Source: a virus. Taken from it: a DNA stretch of 64,000 bases. Numbering within the stretch: position 1 is the first letter of the stretch; each line of letters begins with the position of its first letter. Below are positions 34,903 through 44,526 of this stretch, one piece after another. The notes beneath the pieces are model-generated. The model was not told the origin of the DNA and searched no databases. It saw only the letters and a list, made by a program, of their open reading frames with translations. The stretch is taken from IMG/VR virus record IMGVR_UViG_3300025164_000635, positions 31,305-95,304 of that record; one strand, written 5' to 3'. Both the position numbers and the translations under genes were made by a program.

Positions 34903-37900
34903 ATGGCACGTTTGGAATCACAGAGCAAACTGTTGTACTACCCCACTGAGCCAGCCATCATTGAGATGATTGCTTCCTGGTTTACGGTCAAGACACCGAT
35001 TCGCCTGGTTGATCCGGCCTGCGGTATGGGCGCCGCCCTGCGGCAGTTCGCGGACCTTCTCGGCGGATCTGCGGAAACCTGGGGCATCGAGCTCTCCTAC
35101 TCCCGATCGGTCGAGGCTGCTAAGGTACTGGATCGGGTGCTGCCTACCACCTTCTATGGTGTGAGCTGGGCGAGACGCTCTGTCTCTCTGGCGTTCAACA
35201 ATCCACCTTACGACTGGTCGGAGACACGGGACGAGTCCGGGAAGAGGTTGCGGCACGAGTACCTCTTCGTCACTAAGACGACCGACAAGATCATCGCAGG
35301 CGGCCATCAGGTGATTCTCATTGGGCAGAGTCAGATGGAAGAACGACTGGCCCGTCACCTGGCCGGCTGGTATGAATCCTTCCAGGTATTCAAGTCGGGC
35401 GAGGACTATGAGAAATTCGGTCAGATTGTGATCCTGGCCTGCAATCGGGGAGCGGCCTATGTCCATCCGGGGAGCAAGGCCATTCAGGAACTCACCTGCC
35501 TGACCGATGACCACCTGATCATGGGATGGGGGAAACAGGAAGAGTCTTATACCGATGAAGAGACTGGTGAGGAGAAGACACGCAAGGTGGAAGTGCCGGT
35601 CTTCACCGACATCCCGCCCATGCGTGCTCGCCAGGAAGATGAGCCTGCCTGGGTCATCCCTTCCCGGCCCGATGAGGATCGGTTTAGTTATGCGCCCGTC
35701 TCTCACACCGATATGGTGGATGCCGCCCTGCGCTGTAAACTGACCGCGGCCGAGGAGTTTCGGAAAGTGACTCATGTCAAGCCGGTCGGCTCTCCCTTCC
35801 AGACAGCCGTGCCGCCCAAGATTGGGCACGTGAGTATGCTTCTCGGTGCGGGCGAGATTGGAACACTCCCGATCATATTGCCCGATGGGCGCCGAATGCT
35901 ATTGCGTGGTCTGTCCCAGAAACAGAAGGTGCAGACCTCCCTGCCCGTCATGGATAGTAAAGGACAGGTGACCCACTACAACGTGGAGGAACGGGAGAAG
36001 CCTTGCACTGTCATTACCACGATCACGGACAAAGAAATTGAACTGGTGTCCGACATCAACAGTGTGGGCGATCTCATCACTCGCTATGCCGATCCTCTAG
36101 CCTCTGCTATCTTGCAGAGGAATCCGGCCACCTATGGCTTCGACCCCACTGAATCTGAATGGCGTTCCCTGGACGGCGTGGCGGCCCAGCTACCGCCCCT
36201 TCCAGGAAGAGACGAGCGTGGCTTGTTCAACGCCCAGAGACATCTTGCCATCGCCGGGAAGAGAGTACTCCAGCAACATGGCCACCTGATCATCAACGGG
36301 GAAATGGGTATTGGCAAGACGGCTATGGCTGTCTCCATCTTGGTGCTGATGAATAGCACACTGGGGCTGGTGAGGGAGATGAACCAGTGGCCAGCCCTGA
36401 TCTACTGCCCAGGTCATATGGTCGGCAAGTGGCGTCGGGATACGGAAGCCATCGCCAAGCCAGATGAGCCGATTGCCGCGCGGATCATCAGTGATCCCGT
36501 GCGCCGTGGCCGAACCTTCTACCACAATGTGATTCTGCCTCTCATCGAGGAGGCGGAAGGCGAGGTCACCAGCCGGGAAAGGACGCAGGTCGATCCGATA
36601 GCCGACAGCGATTCCGGCGGCCGCTGTAGGCTGACCGTCCGCGTTTCGCCGCGAAACAGGACCCGTCTAGTCAGGGCGCTGGAACAGGCAACCCGTGTGA
36701 CCTTCCGGGCCAAGAGGCGCAACGGTGACTCAGGCAGCCCGAGTGTCAGGCTGACCATGACGACCCAATTCACCATCGATGGCTTCCAGGCACATTACTT
36801 CGATCAGGATGAGTACACCCTGTTCGATTTCGCGTCTGACTGGCAGGCAGGCCGGCTTGGAAAGAGGGCCGTCGCCATCGTTGCGTTTGACCCTGGCAAG
36901 TATGGGGCTGGAGCGGTCCAGATAGTGCCAGAGCACTACTCCTCCAAGATGGGGCCGTCCAAGCATTACACACCCTGGGATAGAACTCAGGATGACAAGG
37001 ATGTCCGGCCCATCCCGGCCCTGTTTGGAGCCGGTGAGGTTCTCAAGGAACGGCTTCTACTGCGCTGGAAGAAAGGCATCACCGTCGTCGATAGTGAGGA
37101 CGGTAAGAGTGCTGTTGAGGAAGAGAGGAAAGTCAGAGCGTTCCAGTGCCCCATATGTGGCTGTCACTACATGGACTGGAACAAGATTCCTGACTTCTGT
37201 GCCGGGAAGGTGGACAAGGGCTACTGGCACTTCGATGAATCTGAGCGGACCGATGGGAAGGAAGGAAAGTGGAAGTGGCAAAAGGTTGAGGGTAAGTGTC
37301 AGACCCCTCTATTTGAGATGTCGAGATGGCGCCGGGAAGGGGTTGCCCGTCTTATCCAGAAGAAATTCAGACATCTGTTCAAGATTTACATCGCCGATGA
37401 AGTGCATAAGGCCCAGGCGGCCCGCACAGACATCGGCGTGGCCGACTCCCGGTTCATTGCCGGCACTCGGTACTCGATTGCTTTGACTGGCACTCTGTTC
37501 GGTGGAACCGCCTCCTCTCTGTTCTATCTGCTCTACCGGAGAAATCCAGAAGTGAGACAGAACTACTCCTATGAGGACGGCCACAGTCTATGGGTCAATC
37601 ACCATGGTTTGTTGAAATACACCTACTCTCAGGACGAAGCACCCCGGCCAGGGGATCGGGGAGCCACGACCAACATCAAGCGTTGGAACTATCGATCCAC
37701 AGAGCTTCCCGGCATCATGCCCTCGGTCATAAGGTTTCTCTTGCCCATCACCTTGTTTGCAAGGATTACCGACCTGGGCTACCAGTTGCCGCCTCTCCAC
37801 GAGCACATTGAGCGTATTCCGATGAGTCCTGAGATGGTGGAAACATACGCTAAAATCACCGGCCCTATGCTCAAGAAGGCGGTGACGATCGCCAAAGAGG

Positions 37901-38949
37901 ACAAGGACCCAGGCTGTTTGTCGATCTGGTTCCGAGCGGCCTGGATGTGGCCGAACGCCGCCTTCCGGGACGCCCACTTCACGCGAGGTGAGTTCGACTG
38001 GAAGTTCAAAGCCTGCCCTGGTATCCTGCCGAAGGAAGCCCGACTCCGTGAGATTGTCCGTGAGAACCGGGAAGCAGGGCGCAAGACCTTGATCTTCGTC
38101 GAGCAGTCCGCGACGAGAGACATCCGGGAAAGGCTGCGAACCGTCATCAGGAACGGACATGACGACGTAGAGATTGCTGTCATCGAGGACAGTGAACTCA
38201 CCGAGAACGAGAACGGGATTGATCTCGATCTGAAGGTATCCCTGCTCAGCGCCGGTGACATGAGTCCAGCCAAGCGGGAGAGATGGATCAAGCTGCACGC
38301 GCCCACGATGAGCGCACTCATCGTGAATCCAAAGCTGGTCGAGACCGGGCTGGATCTCGTTATGTTCAACCACATCGTGTTCTACGAGCTGCCCCTATCC
38401 CTGTACGTCCTATGGCAGGCGCAGAGGCGAGTGTGGCGACTAGGTCAGAAGTCAGACGTCGACGTCACCTTCCTGGTCTACGTCGATGAAACCGGCCATA
38501 GCATGGAGGCTCGTCTGCTGGACTTGATGGGCTTGAAGATGAAGTTCGCCCTGGTGCTGTACGGAGACGAGGCGACCGGCGCCCTCATCTCGATGGATGA
38601 CGATGACCTGGAACGGGAGATCATCCGGGCAGCCCTGGAAGGCAAGAGCTACGCTGACTTGGGAGAAGTGGTGCAAGTGGGTCATATCTTCTCGACCAGC
38701 GAGACGGGAAGAGAGTCGGGTCAGACCGCCATCAGCGCCAGCCCCTTCGGAGAGCCTACGGCCACCTCGGTCAACTTTATGGAGATTGAGGAAGCCCTGG
38801 AGCCCGAGCCGGTGCTCGTTGTGGACGACCCTGAACTAGAAGCCATGACCATCCCGGTTCCAGCCGGGAAGGTGACTGCTCAACTGGATATGTTTGGCGG
38901 CCTGGTGAACATCGGGTCGCTGCCGCGTTCCCGGAAGAGGAAATGGTAA
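34903..38949 (+). CDS. Methyltransferase-SF2/SNF2 helicase fusion (DarB-like)
   Basis: YYPT, DPACGMG, GIEL, NPPY; GEMGIGKT, IADEVH, LTGT, VETGLDL, QAQRRVWRLGQ; 1348 aa. Confidence 0.85.
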   Translation: MARLESQSKLLYYPTEPAIIEMIASWFTVKTPIRLVDPACGMGAALRQFADLLGGSAETWGIELSYSRSVEAAKVLDRVLPTTFYGVSWARRSVSLAFNNPPYDWSETRDESGKRLRHEYLFVTKTTDKIIAGGHQVILIGQSQMEERLARHLAGWYESFQVFKSGEDYEKFGQIVILACNRGAAYVHPGSKAIQELTCLTDDHLIMGWGKQEESYTDEETGEEKTRKVEVPVFTDIPPMRARQEDEPAWVIPSRPDEDRFSYAPVSHTDMVDAALRCKLTAAEEFRKVTHVKPVGSPFQTAVPPKIGHVSMLLGAGEIGTLPIILPDGRRMLLRGLSQKQKVQTSLPVMDSKGQVTHYNVEEREKPCTVITTITDKEIELVSDINSVGDLITRYADPLASAILQRNPATYGFDPTESEWRSLDGVAAQLPPLPGRDERGLFNAQRHLAIAGKRVLQQHGHLIINGEMGIGKTAMAVSILVLMNSTLGLVREMNQWPALIYCPGHMVGKWRRDTEAIAKPDEPIAARIISDPVRRGRTFYHNVILPLIEEAEGEVTSRERTQVDPIADSDSGGRCRLTVRVSPRNRTRLVRALEQATRVTFRAKRRNGDSGSPSVRLTMTTQFTIDGFQAHYFDQDEYTLFDFASDWQAGRLGKRAVAIVAFDPGKYGAGAVQIVPEHYSSKMGPSKHYTPWDRTQDDKDVRPIPALFGAGEVLKERLLLRWKKGITVVDSEDGKSAVEEERKVRAFQCPICGCHYMDWNKIPDFCAGKVDKGYWHFDESERTDGKEGKWKWQKVEGKCQTPLFEMSRWRREGVARLIQKKFRHLFKIYIADEVHKAQAARTDIGVADSRFIAGTRYSIALTGTLFGGTASSLFYLLYRRNPEVRQNYSYEDGHSLWVNHHGLLKYTYSQDEAPRPGDRGATTNIKRWNYRSTELPGIMPSVIRFLLPITLFARITDLGYQLPPLHEHIERIPMSPEMVETYAKITGPMLKKAVTIAKEDKDPGCLSIWFRAAWMWPNAAFRDAHFTRGEFDWKFKACPGILPKEARLREIVRENREAGRKTLIFVEQSATRDIRERLRTVIRNGHDDVEIAVIEDSELTENENGIDLDLKVSLLSAGDMSPAKRERWIKLHAPTMSALIVNPKLVETGLDLVMFNHIVFYELPLSLYVLWQAQRRVWRLGQKSDVDVTFLVYVDETGHSMEARLLDLMGLKMKFALVLYGDEATGALISMDDDDLEREIIRAALEGKSYADLGEVVQVGHIFSTSETGRESGQTAISASPFGEPTATSVNFMEIEEALEPEPVLVVDDPELEAMTIPVPAGKVTAQLDMFGGLVNIGSLPRSRKRKW
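36642..36658. repeat. parS-like palindrome copy 3
   Basis: CGTTTCGCCGCGAAACA inside the helicase gene. Confidence 0.8.
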
Positions 38950-39055
38950 TCGGCCTCCGAAGGGAGCAGAATGGGGTTTGGGGAAGCCTGGTGAACTTCC
39001 CCCCGGCCTGACACGCCGGCCTCCTTTACCCGTTCTGCTCCTCTCGGTGGCCGAG
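38950..39055 (+). other. Long imperfect intergenic stem-loop
   Basis: TCGGCC.CCGA.GGGAGCAGAATGGG ... CCCGTTCTGCTCCT.TCGG.GGCCGA enclosing two small hairpins. Confidence 0.5.
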
Positions 39056-39068
39056 GAGGAAAGAAAAG

Positions 39069-39278
39069 ATGCTACAAGAAATAACACTCAACGGTGTGGA
39101 GACGCGCGAAATATGCCCGGTATGCCTGGAGGAGAATGTGCAAGTTCAGCATGGGCATAATGTGAATGGAGGTCCGTGCCACTATTGGCACTGCCCTAAT
39201 CCAGAATGTAGCAACCGGGGGATCGTCCACGTCGGATACCCCTGCTCAGGCTGTGGTGAGGAAGGTCAAGGAACATGA
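39069..39278 (+). CDS. Small Cys-rich zinc-binding protein
   Basis: CPVC, CPNPEC, CSGC. Confidence 0.55.
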   Translation: MLQEITLNGVETREICPVCLEENVQVQHGHNVNGGPCHYWHCPNPECSNRGIVHVGYPCSGCGEEGQGT

Positions 39279-39568
39279 AAGCCTACAAAATCACCTATGA
39301 TGTGAGAGATGGAGACCACGAGTATGTCCAACACTTATTCTTCTCGGCCGGTGATGAGCTGACCGAGGAAGTGAGGATGTTCGGGCACCAGCTCTTCCTG
39401 GAAGAAGCAGTACCCGATGGTACTCTTCTACTGGATGATGGGTCCGGTTGGTGGAGTATTCGCGATGGGCGTGCCTACCAGCTCTACAGCATCGAGCCGT
39501 TCCAGACGATGGTGTTGCCTAACCCAGACGGGCACAATCACCGATTCGCACTTGTATGCCTATGGTGA
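39275..39568 (+). CDS. Hypothetical protein
   Basis: ATGA coupling. Confidence 0.55.
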   Translation: MKAYKITYDVRDGDHEYVQHLFFSAGDELTEEVRMFGHQLFLEEAVPDGTLLLDDGSGWWSIRDGRAYQLYSIEPFQTMVLPNPDGHNHRFALVCLW

Positions 39569-39583
39569 CGCTAGGTGACACAC
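39565..39583 (+). repeat. 19-bp direct repeat, copy 2
   Basis: GTGACGCTAGGTGACACAC. Confidence 0.8.
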
Positions 39584-39668
39584 GACTGGAGTATCTTGAT
39601 GATGATGTTTTCCGTACCGCCCTCCCCCAGTCTTCTTGCCTGGAAGAGACACCAACAGGAGAGACATC

Positions 39669-39875
39669 ATGAGTGATGAAGTGAAGGAACTCGTCTTCTA
39701 CGATTGGTCAGAAGATGACTTGCGTCGAGAGTTCAGGACCTTGCTCAAGCATGAGCCAACCGAGGCTGAGATGAAGCAGATCATCGGCCTGCTGTTCACC
39801 CTGGCAGAGCGTATCGAAACGGAGATCATCGACACCGTGCAGGCCGCCATACGAGAGGCAGGGATAAGCCAATGA
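39669..39875 (+). CDS. Hypothetical protein
   Basis: AGGAG RBS, start 39669. Confidence 0.55.
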   Translation: MSDEVKELVFYDWSEDDLRREFRTLLKHEPTEAEMKQIIGLLFTLAERIETEIIDTVQAAIREAGISQ

Positions 39876-40399
39876 CCATCCAAAGACCTTGCTACCGCGT
39901 CACCATCGTCATGCTAGGGAACTGGACACAGGTGGGGCCCCATTCCCCATCCTACCGCTGGCGTCTTCTACTGATGGAAGCCTTCGACATCGGGCGTGCC
40001 GAGGCGATTGCCATGAGTGAGCCATTCTACTTCGTTTCGACCAAGAAGACCCAACTGGACTACTACTTCTCGCCCGTCTGGGACATAGACGCAGAGCGCA
40101 TAGCCCGCTTCATTCTTCTATCGGGCAAACACTTTGCAGAAGCACACATTGAGATCTGGGGGAGAAGCAGCATCGAGATGACCGTAACACCCTTGGAGAA
40201 AAACCAGGCCAATCTCATCCTGGAGAGGCTGCGTGAGATCGATAACAAGCTATCGCCAGAGAACCTGACGTGTGACGGCGAGCTGCCGTACCAGGAAGTC
40301 GAAGAGAGGCGTTTCCCCTTACTCAAGGAGAGGGGTTGGCTCGTCGAGATGTTGGGTCGGGAGCCGACCGAGGCCGAGCTCTTCCCGGAGGACACATGA
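39872..40399 (+). CDS. Hypothetical protein with LSPENLTCDGE motif
   Basis: ATGA coupling; C-terminal motif common in phage small proteins. Confidence 0.6.
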   Translation: MTIQRPCYRVTIVMLGNWTQVGPHSPSYRWRLLLMEAFDIGRAEAIAMSEPFYFVSTKKTQLDYYFSPVWDIDAERIARFILLSGKHFAEAHIEIWGRSSIEMTVTPLEKNQANLILERLREIDNKLSPENLTCDGELPYQEVEERRFPLLKERGWLVEMLGREPTEAELFPEDT

Positions 40400-40605
40400 C
40401 CGATCAAGCTGAAGTCAGAGCGATCCGAACGATCACCATTGAAGTACGCGGCGGCTGCGTCGATGAAGTACGTGGCCTACCGAAGGGTTGGAACTACCGA
40501 GTCATTGACCACGACCTGCCCGAAGTAGGCGAGTGTCCCATGGGCTGTGGCCCATTGAACAACGATGACACCTGCCCCGTTTGTGGCTGGAAAGAGGACG
40601 CATGA
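40396..40605 (+). CDS. Small zinc-ribbon protein
   Basis: I.V.GG.V..V...P......D.D; CPMGC, CPVC. Confidence 0.55.
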   Translation: MTDQAEVRAIRTITIEVRGGCVDEVRGLPKGWNYRVIDHDLPEVGECPMGCGPLNNDDTCPVCGWKEDA

Positions 40606-40967
40606 AAGCCACCGTTGCTATCAAAGGACGTCGCAATACAATCCAGGGTGAAGTCTTCGCCCTGCCGGAAGGCGGCGCCTTAGTGTATCTGCCCACTCTG
40701 AACCTGGAAGGGGATGCTCCCTTCCCGGACAATACCACCGGCCTCTACTACCAGGTTGAGGATTCCGATGAAGATTTTATGTGCCCCAAGTGCCGAGACC
40801 CTCTTCCCGACATCCAGAGAACCGGTACACGACTGATCAACGCGAAGGAGTACCTGTCGGCGGACGGGAAAGTCGAGGAACACGAGGACGAGCGAGACAT
40901 TGAGCTGCCTCGTGTCGGCCAGTGGGTCTACGAGTGTCTAAGTTGTGGGCACACCTGGAAGGAGTGA
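40602..40967 (+). CDS. Zinc-ribbon protein
   Basis: CPKC...CLSC. Confidence 0.55.
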   Translation: MKATVAIKGRRNTIQGEVFALPEGGALVYLPTLNLEGDAPFPDNTTGLYYQVEDSDEDFMCPKCRDPLPDIQRTGTRLINAKEYLSADGKVEEHEDERDIELPRVGQWVYECLSCGHTWKE

Positions 40968-40969
40968 TC

Positions 40970-41173
40970 GTGAGAACCTTTCATGTTGAGCTGGCTGTTT
41001 GCTACGAGGACAAATCCTGGGAGAGTGAGAGCGTGTCACTTGACCTCAACATCGACCGAGAGCCGAAGGATCATGAGTTGCTGGACAAGGCCGAGAAGAA
41101 GTACCGGCGTGAGAATCCCAAAACAGAAGCCGTCGCCTTTGGCCTGCTGTCTGTTTGGGATCAGGAGGACTGA
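40970..41173 (+). CDS. Hypothetical protein
   Basis: AAGGAG RBS before GTG. Confidence 0.5.
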   Translation: MRTFHVELAVCYEDKSWESESVSLDLNIDREPKDHELLDKAEKKYRRENPKTEAVAFGLLSVWDQED

Positions 41174-41712
41174 TGAATCCCTTCCAGTTCTACCCCATCG
41201 GCAGTTACCACATGGACTGGCTCAATCATCGGGTCGTCCAGATCGTCGCCCACATTAAGAGCCAATGGCTCTCAGTCGGCGGTGACTGGTATGGAGTCGC
41301 CAGTGTCCAGGTGTCTCCCTCAGTTCAGGACCACCGGTCGGCTGCTTACCGGAGCATGAAAGAGGCTGCCGAGACACCCCTCTGGATGACCCAGGACGAG
41401 CACGCCAGGGCACACAGAGAGATCGTAGCCGGCGAGTTACCCGACCTGTTTTACGTGACCTGTATTAACAGAAATCACGGGGGTCCCTGGCTGGAGCCCG
41501 TTAAGTCGCACCGTATCCTCCACCCGGCAGACAACCTGACCCTTGTGGTCTCGGCCAGCCGGAAACATTACGTCATCGTGGAGCACGATCCGGGTGACCC
41601 CAGCGTGGGCATTTCCGGCACAGAAAGAGCCTTACTCCCCTGGTGCAACTCCAACCGGGCTACCCTGGAAGTTGCAAACTGGCTTATCTGGAAACGAACG
41701 GAGAAAGAATGA
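41173..41712 (+). CDS. Hypothetical protein
   Basis: AGGAGG RBS, TGATG coupling. Confidence 0.6.
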   Translation: MNPFQFYPIGSYHMDWLNHRVVQIVAHIKSQWLSVGGDWYGVASVQVSPSVQDHRSAAYRSMKEAAETPLWMTQDEHARAHREIVAGELPDLFYVTCINRNHGGPWLEPVKSHRILHPADNLTLVVSASRKHYVIVEHDPGDPSVGISGTERALLPWCNSNRATLEVANWLIWKRTEKE

Positions 41713-41999
41713 TCACTCTCAAGTTGCCTGATGAGACGTGGGCCTTCTTGAAGGGGAGACTCATGCTTAGTGCAGCCGGCACTGTCTGGCCCGAGATGCG
41801 GGCGGGCATCAAGGCAGCACTGGCAAGCATCGTTCAGATGGAGCCGGCCACCCTGCCTGAGATCACGGCAGCCCGGGCTCTCTACCAAGACGACACCGTT
41901 CGCATCGATGACGATGCCTTGGCTTCCCGGACAGACGGGGGCACCGTTTGGGTAGAAGCCTGGGTGTTGATCGTGACACCAGAGGACTCCCATGGGTGA
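41709..41999 (+). CDS. Hypothetical protein
   Basis: IDDDA..S...GG..WV.AWV motif; ATGA coupling. Confidence 0.6.
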   Translation: MITLKLPDETWAFLKGRLMLSAAGTVWPEMRAGIKAALASIVQMEPATLPEITAARALYQDDTVRIDDDALASRTDGGTVWVEAWVLIVTPEDSHG

Positions 42000-42294
42000 A
42001 ACGTTTGACGCTAATGGCGTTGTCTTCACTGGGTCGGATGACGGCAAGACCGAGTGGTGGGAGCACAAGGACATCCAGGGCTGGTACTGGCTGGTGTTCA
42101 AGCATCGTGGTGGTAGGCAGTGGCAGGCGGTGGTCGTCAACAAAGACCGATCCCGAACGCTAACCTGCGCTGTGAGGGGCAGTGACGGCAGTCTGGAAAA
42201 AGAGGACATCCTCTATCGGGAGGCGCCCTACAACAAGGAGATCCTGATGAAGGCTGTGTCTGACCTGGTGAAGGTCGCGGAGTGGCCTGAATGA
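41992..42294 (+). CDS. Hypothetical protein
   Basis: GAGGA RBS. Confidence 0.55.
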   Translation: MGETFDANGVVFTGSDDGKTEWWEHKDIQGWYWLVFKHRGGRQWQAVVVNKDRSRTLTCAVRGSDGSLEKEDILYREAPYNKEILMKAVSDLVKVAEWPE

Positions 42295-42467
42295 TCATTC
42301 TCTACGAAGCCACCACCATTAAGAAGACCGGGAAGTACACGGTCTATGAGCGGCTCCACTGGCGGCGTGAGCATATCGCCCGCTACTCCATCTGTGAGGG
42401 CAGTCTCCAGGTCAAAGAGTGTCGTACCAAGAGAGAGGTGAAAGCCTACCTCAGAAGGAACACATGA
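42291..42467 (+). CDS. Hypothetical protein (58 aa)
   Basis: ATGA overlaps at both ends; not in ORF track. Confidence 0.5.
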   Translation: MIILYEATTIKKTGKYTVYERLHWRREHIARYSICEGSLQVKECRTKREVKAYLRRNT

Positions 42468-42694
42468 ACAAGAACCAGTACAACCAACTCCGGGTCGGAG
42501 ATGTAGTCAGGTTTATCTCCGGGTCAGTAAAGCCCGGCCCGAAGCACACGACCCGCTATCTCCATATTGAGGATGACCTGGATGTGATTTCGGTGGACGG
42601 CAAGGAAGCACTCATTCGATCGAACCGGCCCTGTGGCTGCTCCTTCCAGGTTACGGTTGAGGAAATCACCCTGGTCAGGAAACAAACACCATGA
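42464..42694 (+). CDS. Hypothetical SH3-like small protein
   Basis: LRVGDVVRF; start 42464. Confidence 0.5.
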   Translation: MNKNQYNQLRVGDVVRFISGSVKPGPKHTTRYLHIEDDLDVISVDGKEALIRSNRPCGCSFQVTVEEITLVRKQTP

Positions 42695-42811
42695 GTGACT
42701 GGAAGAATACTCCTTCAAAGAGGGCGAGTTGGTGATTGTGGCCCTTACGATCCGTGCGCCCGAGGGCGCTTAGTGTACCCGGCCAGCGGCCGGGAAGAAT
42801 GGAGAACTCTC

Positions 42812-43228
42812 ATGTTTCAGACGATCATCATTGCAGGTAACCTAGGCCGTGATCCCGAGATGCGCTACACCCCCAACGGGACGGCGGTCACCAATTTCAA
42901 CATGGCGACCAACCGGAAGTACACCGGCAGCGATGGGCAGCAGGTCAAAGAGACCACGTGGTTTCGGGTGAGCGTGTTCGGCAAACAGGCCGAGGCCGTC
43001 GCCCAATACATGAAGAGGGGCAGCGGCGTGCTCGTCGAGGGACGTCTGTCGGCGGACAATCAGACAGGTGGGCCGCGTATTTGGACACGCCAAGACGGGA
43101 CGCCAGCAGCCTCCTTCGAGGTAGTTGCCAACACCGTGCGCTTCCTGTCCAGCGGACAGAGGGCCGAGGGCGGTGAAGAGACGGCTGCCGCCGAAGGCGA
43201 AGAGGAAGAGCAGAACATTCCCTTCTAG
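42812..43228 (+). CDS. ssb: Single-stranded DNA-binding protein
   Basis: GNLGRDPEMRYTPNGTAVTNF, TTWFRVSVFGKQAE, VEGRL, acidic tail ending IPF. Confidence 0.95.
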   Translation: MFQTIIIAGNLGRDPEMRYTPNGTAVTNFNMATNRKYTGSDGQQVKETTWFRVSVFGKQAEAVAQYMKRGSGVLVEGRLSADNQTGGPRIWTRQDGTPAASFEVVANTVRFLSSGQRAEGGEETAAAEGEEEEQNIPF

Positions 43229-43272
43229 CCTCAAAGCTGGGACCCCAGCTAGGGCCCGTGGGGTCACTGTCC

Positions 43273-43302
43273 GGGGAGGGGGAGCAGTCCCCCTCCCCTT
43301 CT
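43273..43302 (+). terminator. GC-rich hairpin after ssb (possible terminator/stabiliser)
   Basis: GGGGAGGGGGA-gcag-TCCCCCTCCCC-TTCT. Confidence 0.45.
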
Positions 43303-43314
43303 CGGAGAACACGT

Positions 43315-43770
43315 ATGAAAACCTTTACGGCAGGTCAGTTCAAGAACGAGAAATTCTTCACGGCGGACATGAAGGAACGCTTCTCTAATCACTTCGTCAA
43401 GTTTGTGGAAAGTGGATTCAAGCGAGAGTTGTTCTACCAATGGTTCTACGAGAGGCTCACAAACCTCTTTGGCATGATCGCCCACCACAACCGAGAAGGA
43501 TTCTACGAGACCTTCTTCACCACGGCGGCCCGCCAACTCCGATTCGTGGATGCCCTGGTTGAGTGGGGCTACAAGGACGATCTGGAAGGCATCTTGACCG
43601 CCTGGCTTCTGACTTCCCGCATCCCTGCCCAGATTGAGAGGCTGCGTGACCTGGACGAGGAAGCCCAGGAACGGGCGATGCTGGCCTATCTGCTCCAGAA
43701 GTATGATGGGAAGCCTGTCTCGCCTGAGCTACTACCAGATGAGGAACAGCTACCCCCGGCGTTGCTCTGA
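43315..43770 (+). CDS. Conserved hypothetical protein
   Basis: F.KF....F....F...FY..L...FG.IAH....GFY..FF motif; GGAG RBS. Confidence 0.65.
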   Translation: MKTFTAGQFKNEKFFTADMKERFSNHFVKFVESGFKRELFYQWFYERLTNLFGMIAHHNREGFYETFFTTAARQLRFVDALVEWGYKDDLEGILTAWLLTSRIPAQIERLRDLDEEAQERAMLAYLLQKYDGKPVSPELLPDEEQLPPALL

Positions 43771-43816
43771 TCGCGTGTGCGTGTGGGGCAGTACAAAACT
43801 GTTCAAGGTTGTTCAA

Positions 43817-44014
43817 ATGACCATGGTTTCCTGCACAAATTGCCGGTATTACCACAGTGATTCGTGGCTCGATACATGGTGGATGCTGTGTACCCACCCT
43901 TCCTGGAAAGATGAGGGCCGAATTTTGCCCAACCGGGAAGACCCCACTACCCCGCCCTGGTGCCCCCTGAACCAGCCGGAGGAAAAACTAACCCTTGACA
44001 ACTATCTTGAATAA
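43817..44014 (+). CDS. Small Cys-rich protein
   Basis: SCTNCRY...C.HP...PPWCPL. Confidence 0.5.
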   Translation: MTMVSCTNCRYYHSDSWLDTWWMLCTHPSWKDEGRILPNREDPTTPPWCPLNQPEEKLTLDNYLE

Positions 44015-44027
44015 GTATACAATCAAG
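43995..44027 (+). promoter_or_regulatory. Sigma70-type promoter with the same operator as 28304
   Basis: TTGACA-17-TACAAT; CTTGAAT-N8-AATCAAG. Confidence 0.75.
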
Positions 44028-44029
44028 CC

Positions 44030-44197
44030 ATGAAGAAGAGATGGTCTTTCCCCTACGTCTATTACTGTAGGAACTGCAAGCGCACACATGCGCGGAATGT
44101 ATCCAGGCGCAATTACCCCTGGGGATGCCCCTACTGCAAGAGTAATAACTTGGTGACAAGCCGGTCCAAAGGAGTCCCTTCCAGGAAGGAACCATGA
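44030..44197 (+). CDS. Small zinc-ribbon protein, probably leaderless (55 aa)
   Basis: YCRNC...CPYCKS; ATG 7 nt after the -10 box; ATGA overlap with next gene. Confidence 0.55.
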   Translation: MKKRWSFPYVYYCRNCKRTHARNVSRRNYPWGCPYCKSNNLVTSRSKGVPSRKEP

Positions 44198-44526
44198 ATA
44201 ACGTTTCGCGGCGAAACAAGGGAAAAGCTTCAGCTTCACTCCGCACACACGGCGGTCGCCGGCCTGGGGCCGGGCCCCGCTGGAAGACACTGGGGTTCCT
44301 GAAGGTAGGGGACCGGGTGAGAGTGACCGTTGTAAAAGTGGAAGGCACCGGTGTTCTGAGAACCGAGTGGCCGACAACGCACACTCGACCGATTCTCTCT
44401 GAGTATGGGGTCATCCAGGCTGAGATCACCCGCACGGGAAGAGAGAACGTCGTCAAGATCACCCTGGATACAGAGCCTCAGATGGTCTTGATCCTGGAAG
44501 GACCTGTCCATGAAGAACGAAAGTAA
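44194..44526 (+). CDS. Hypothetical protein with HGGRRPGAG motif
   Basis: Basic GGxRxGAG motif seen in small DNA-binding proteins. Confidence 0.55.
   Translation: MNNVSRRNKGKASASLRTHGGRRPGAGPRWKTLGFLKVGDRVRVTVVKVEGTGVLRTEWPTTHTRPILSEYGVIQAEITRTGRENVVKITLDTEPQMVLILEGPVHEERK
44202..44218. repeat. parS-like palindrome copy 4
   Basis: CGTTTCGCGGCGAAACA. Confidence 0.8.
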
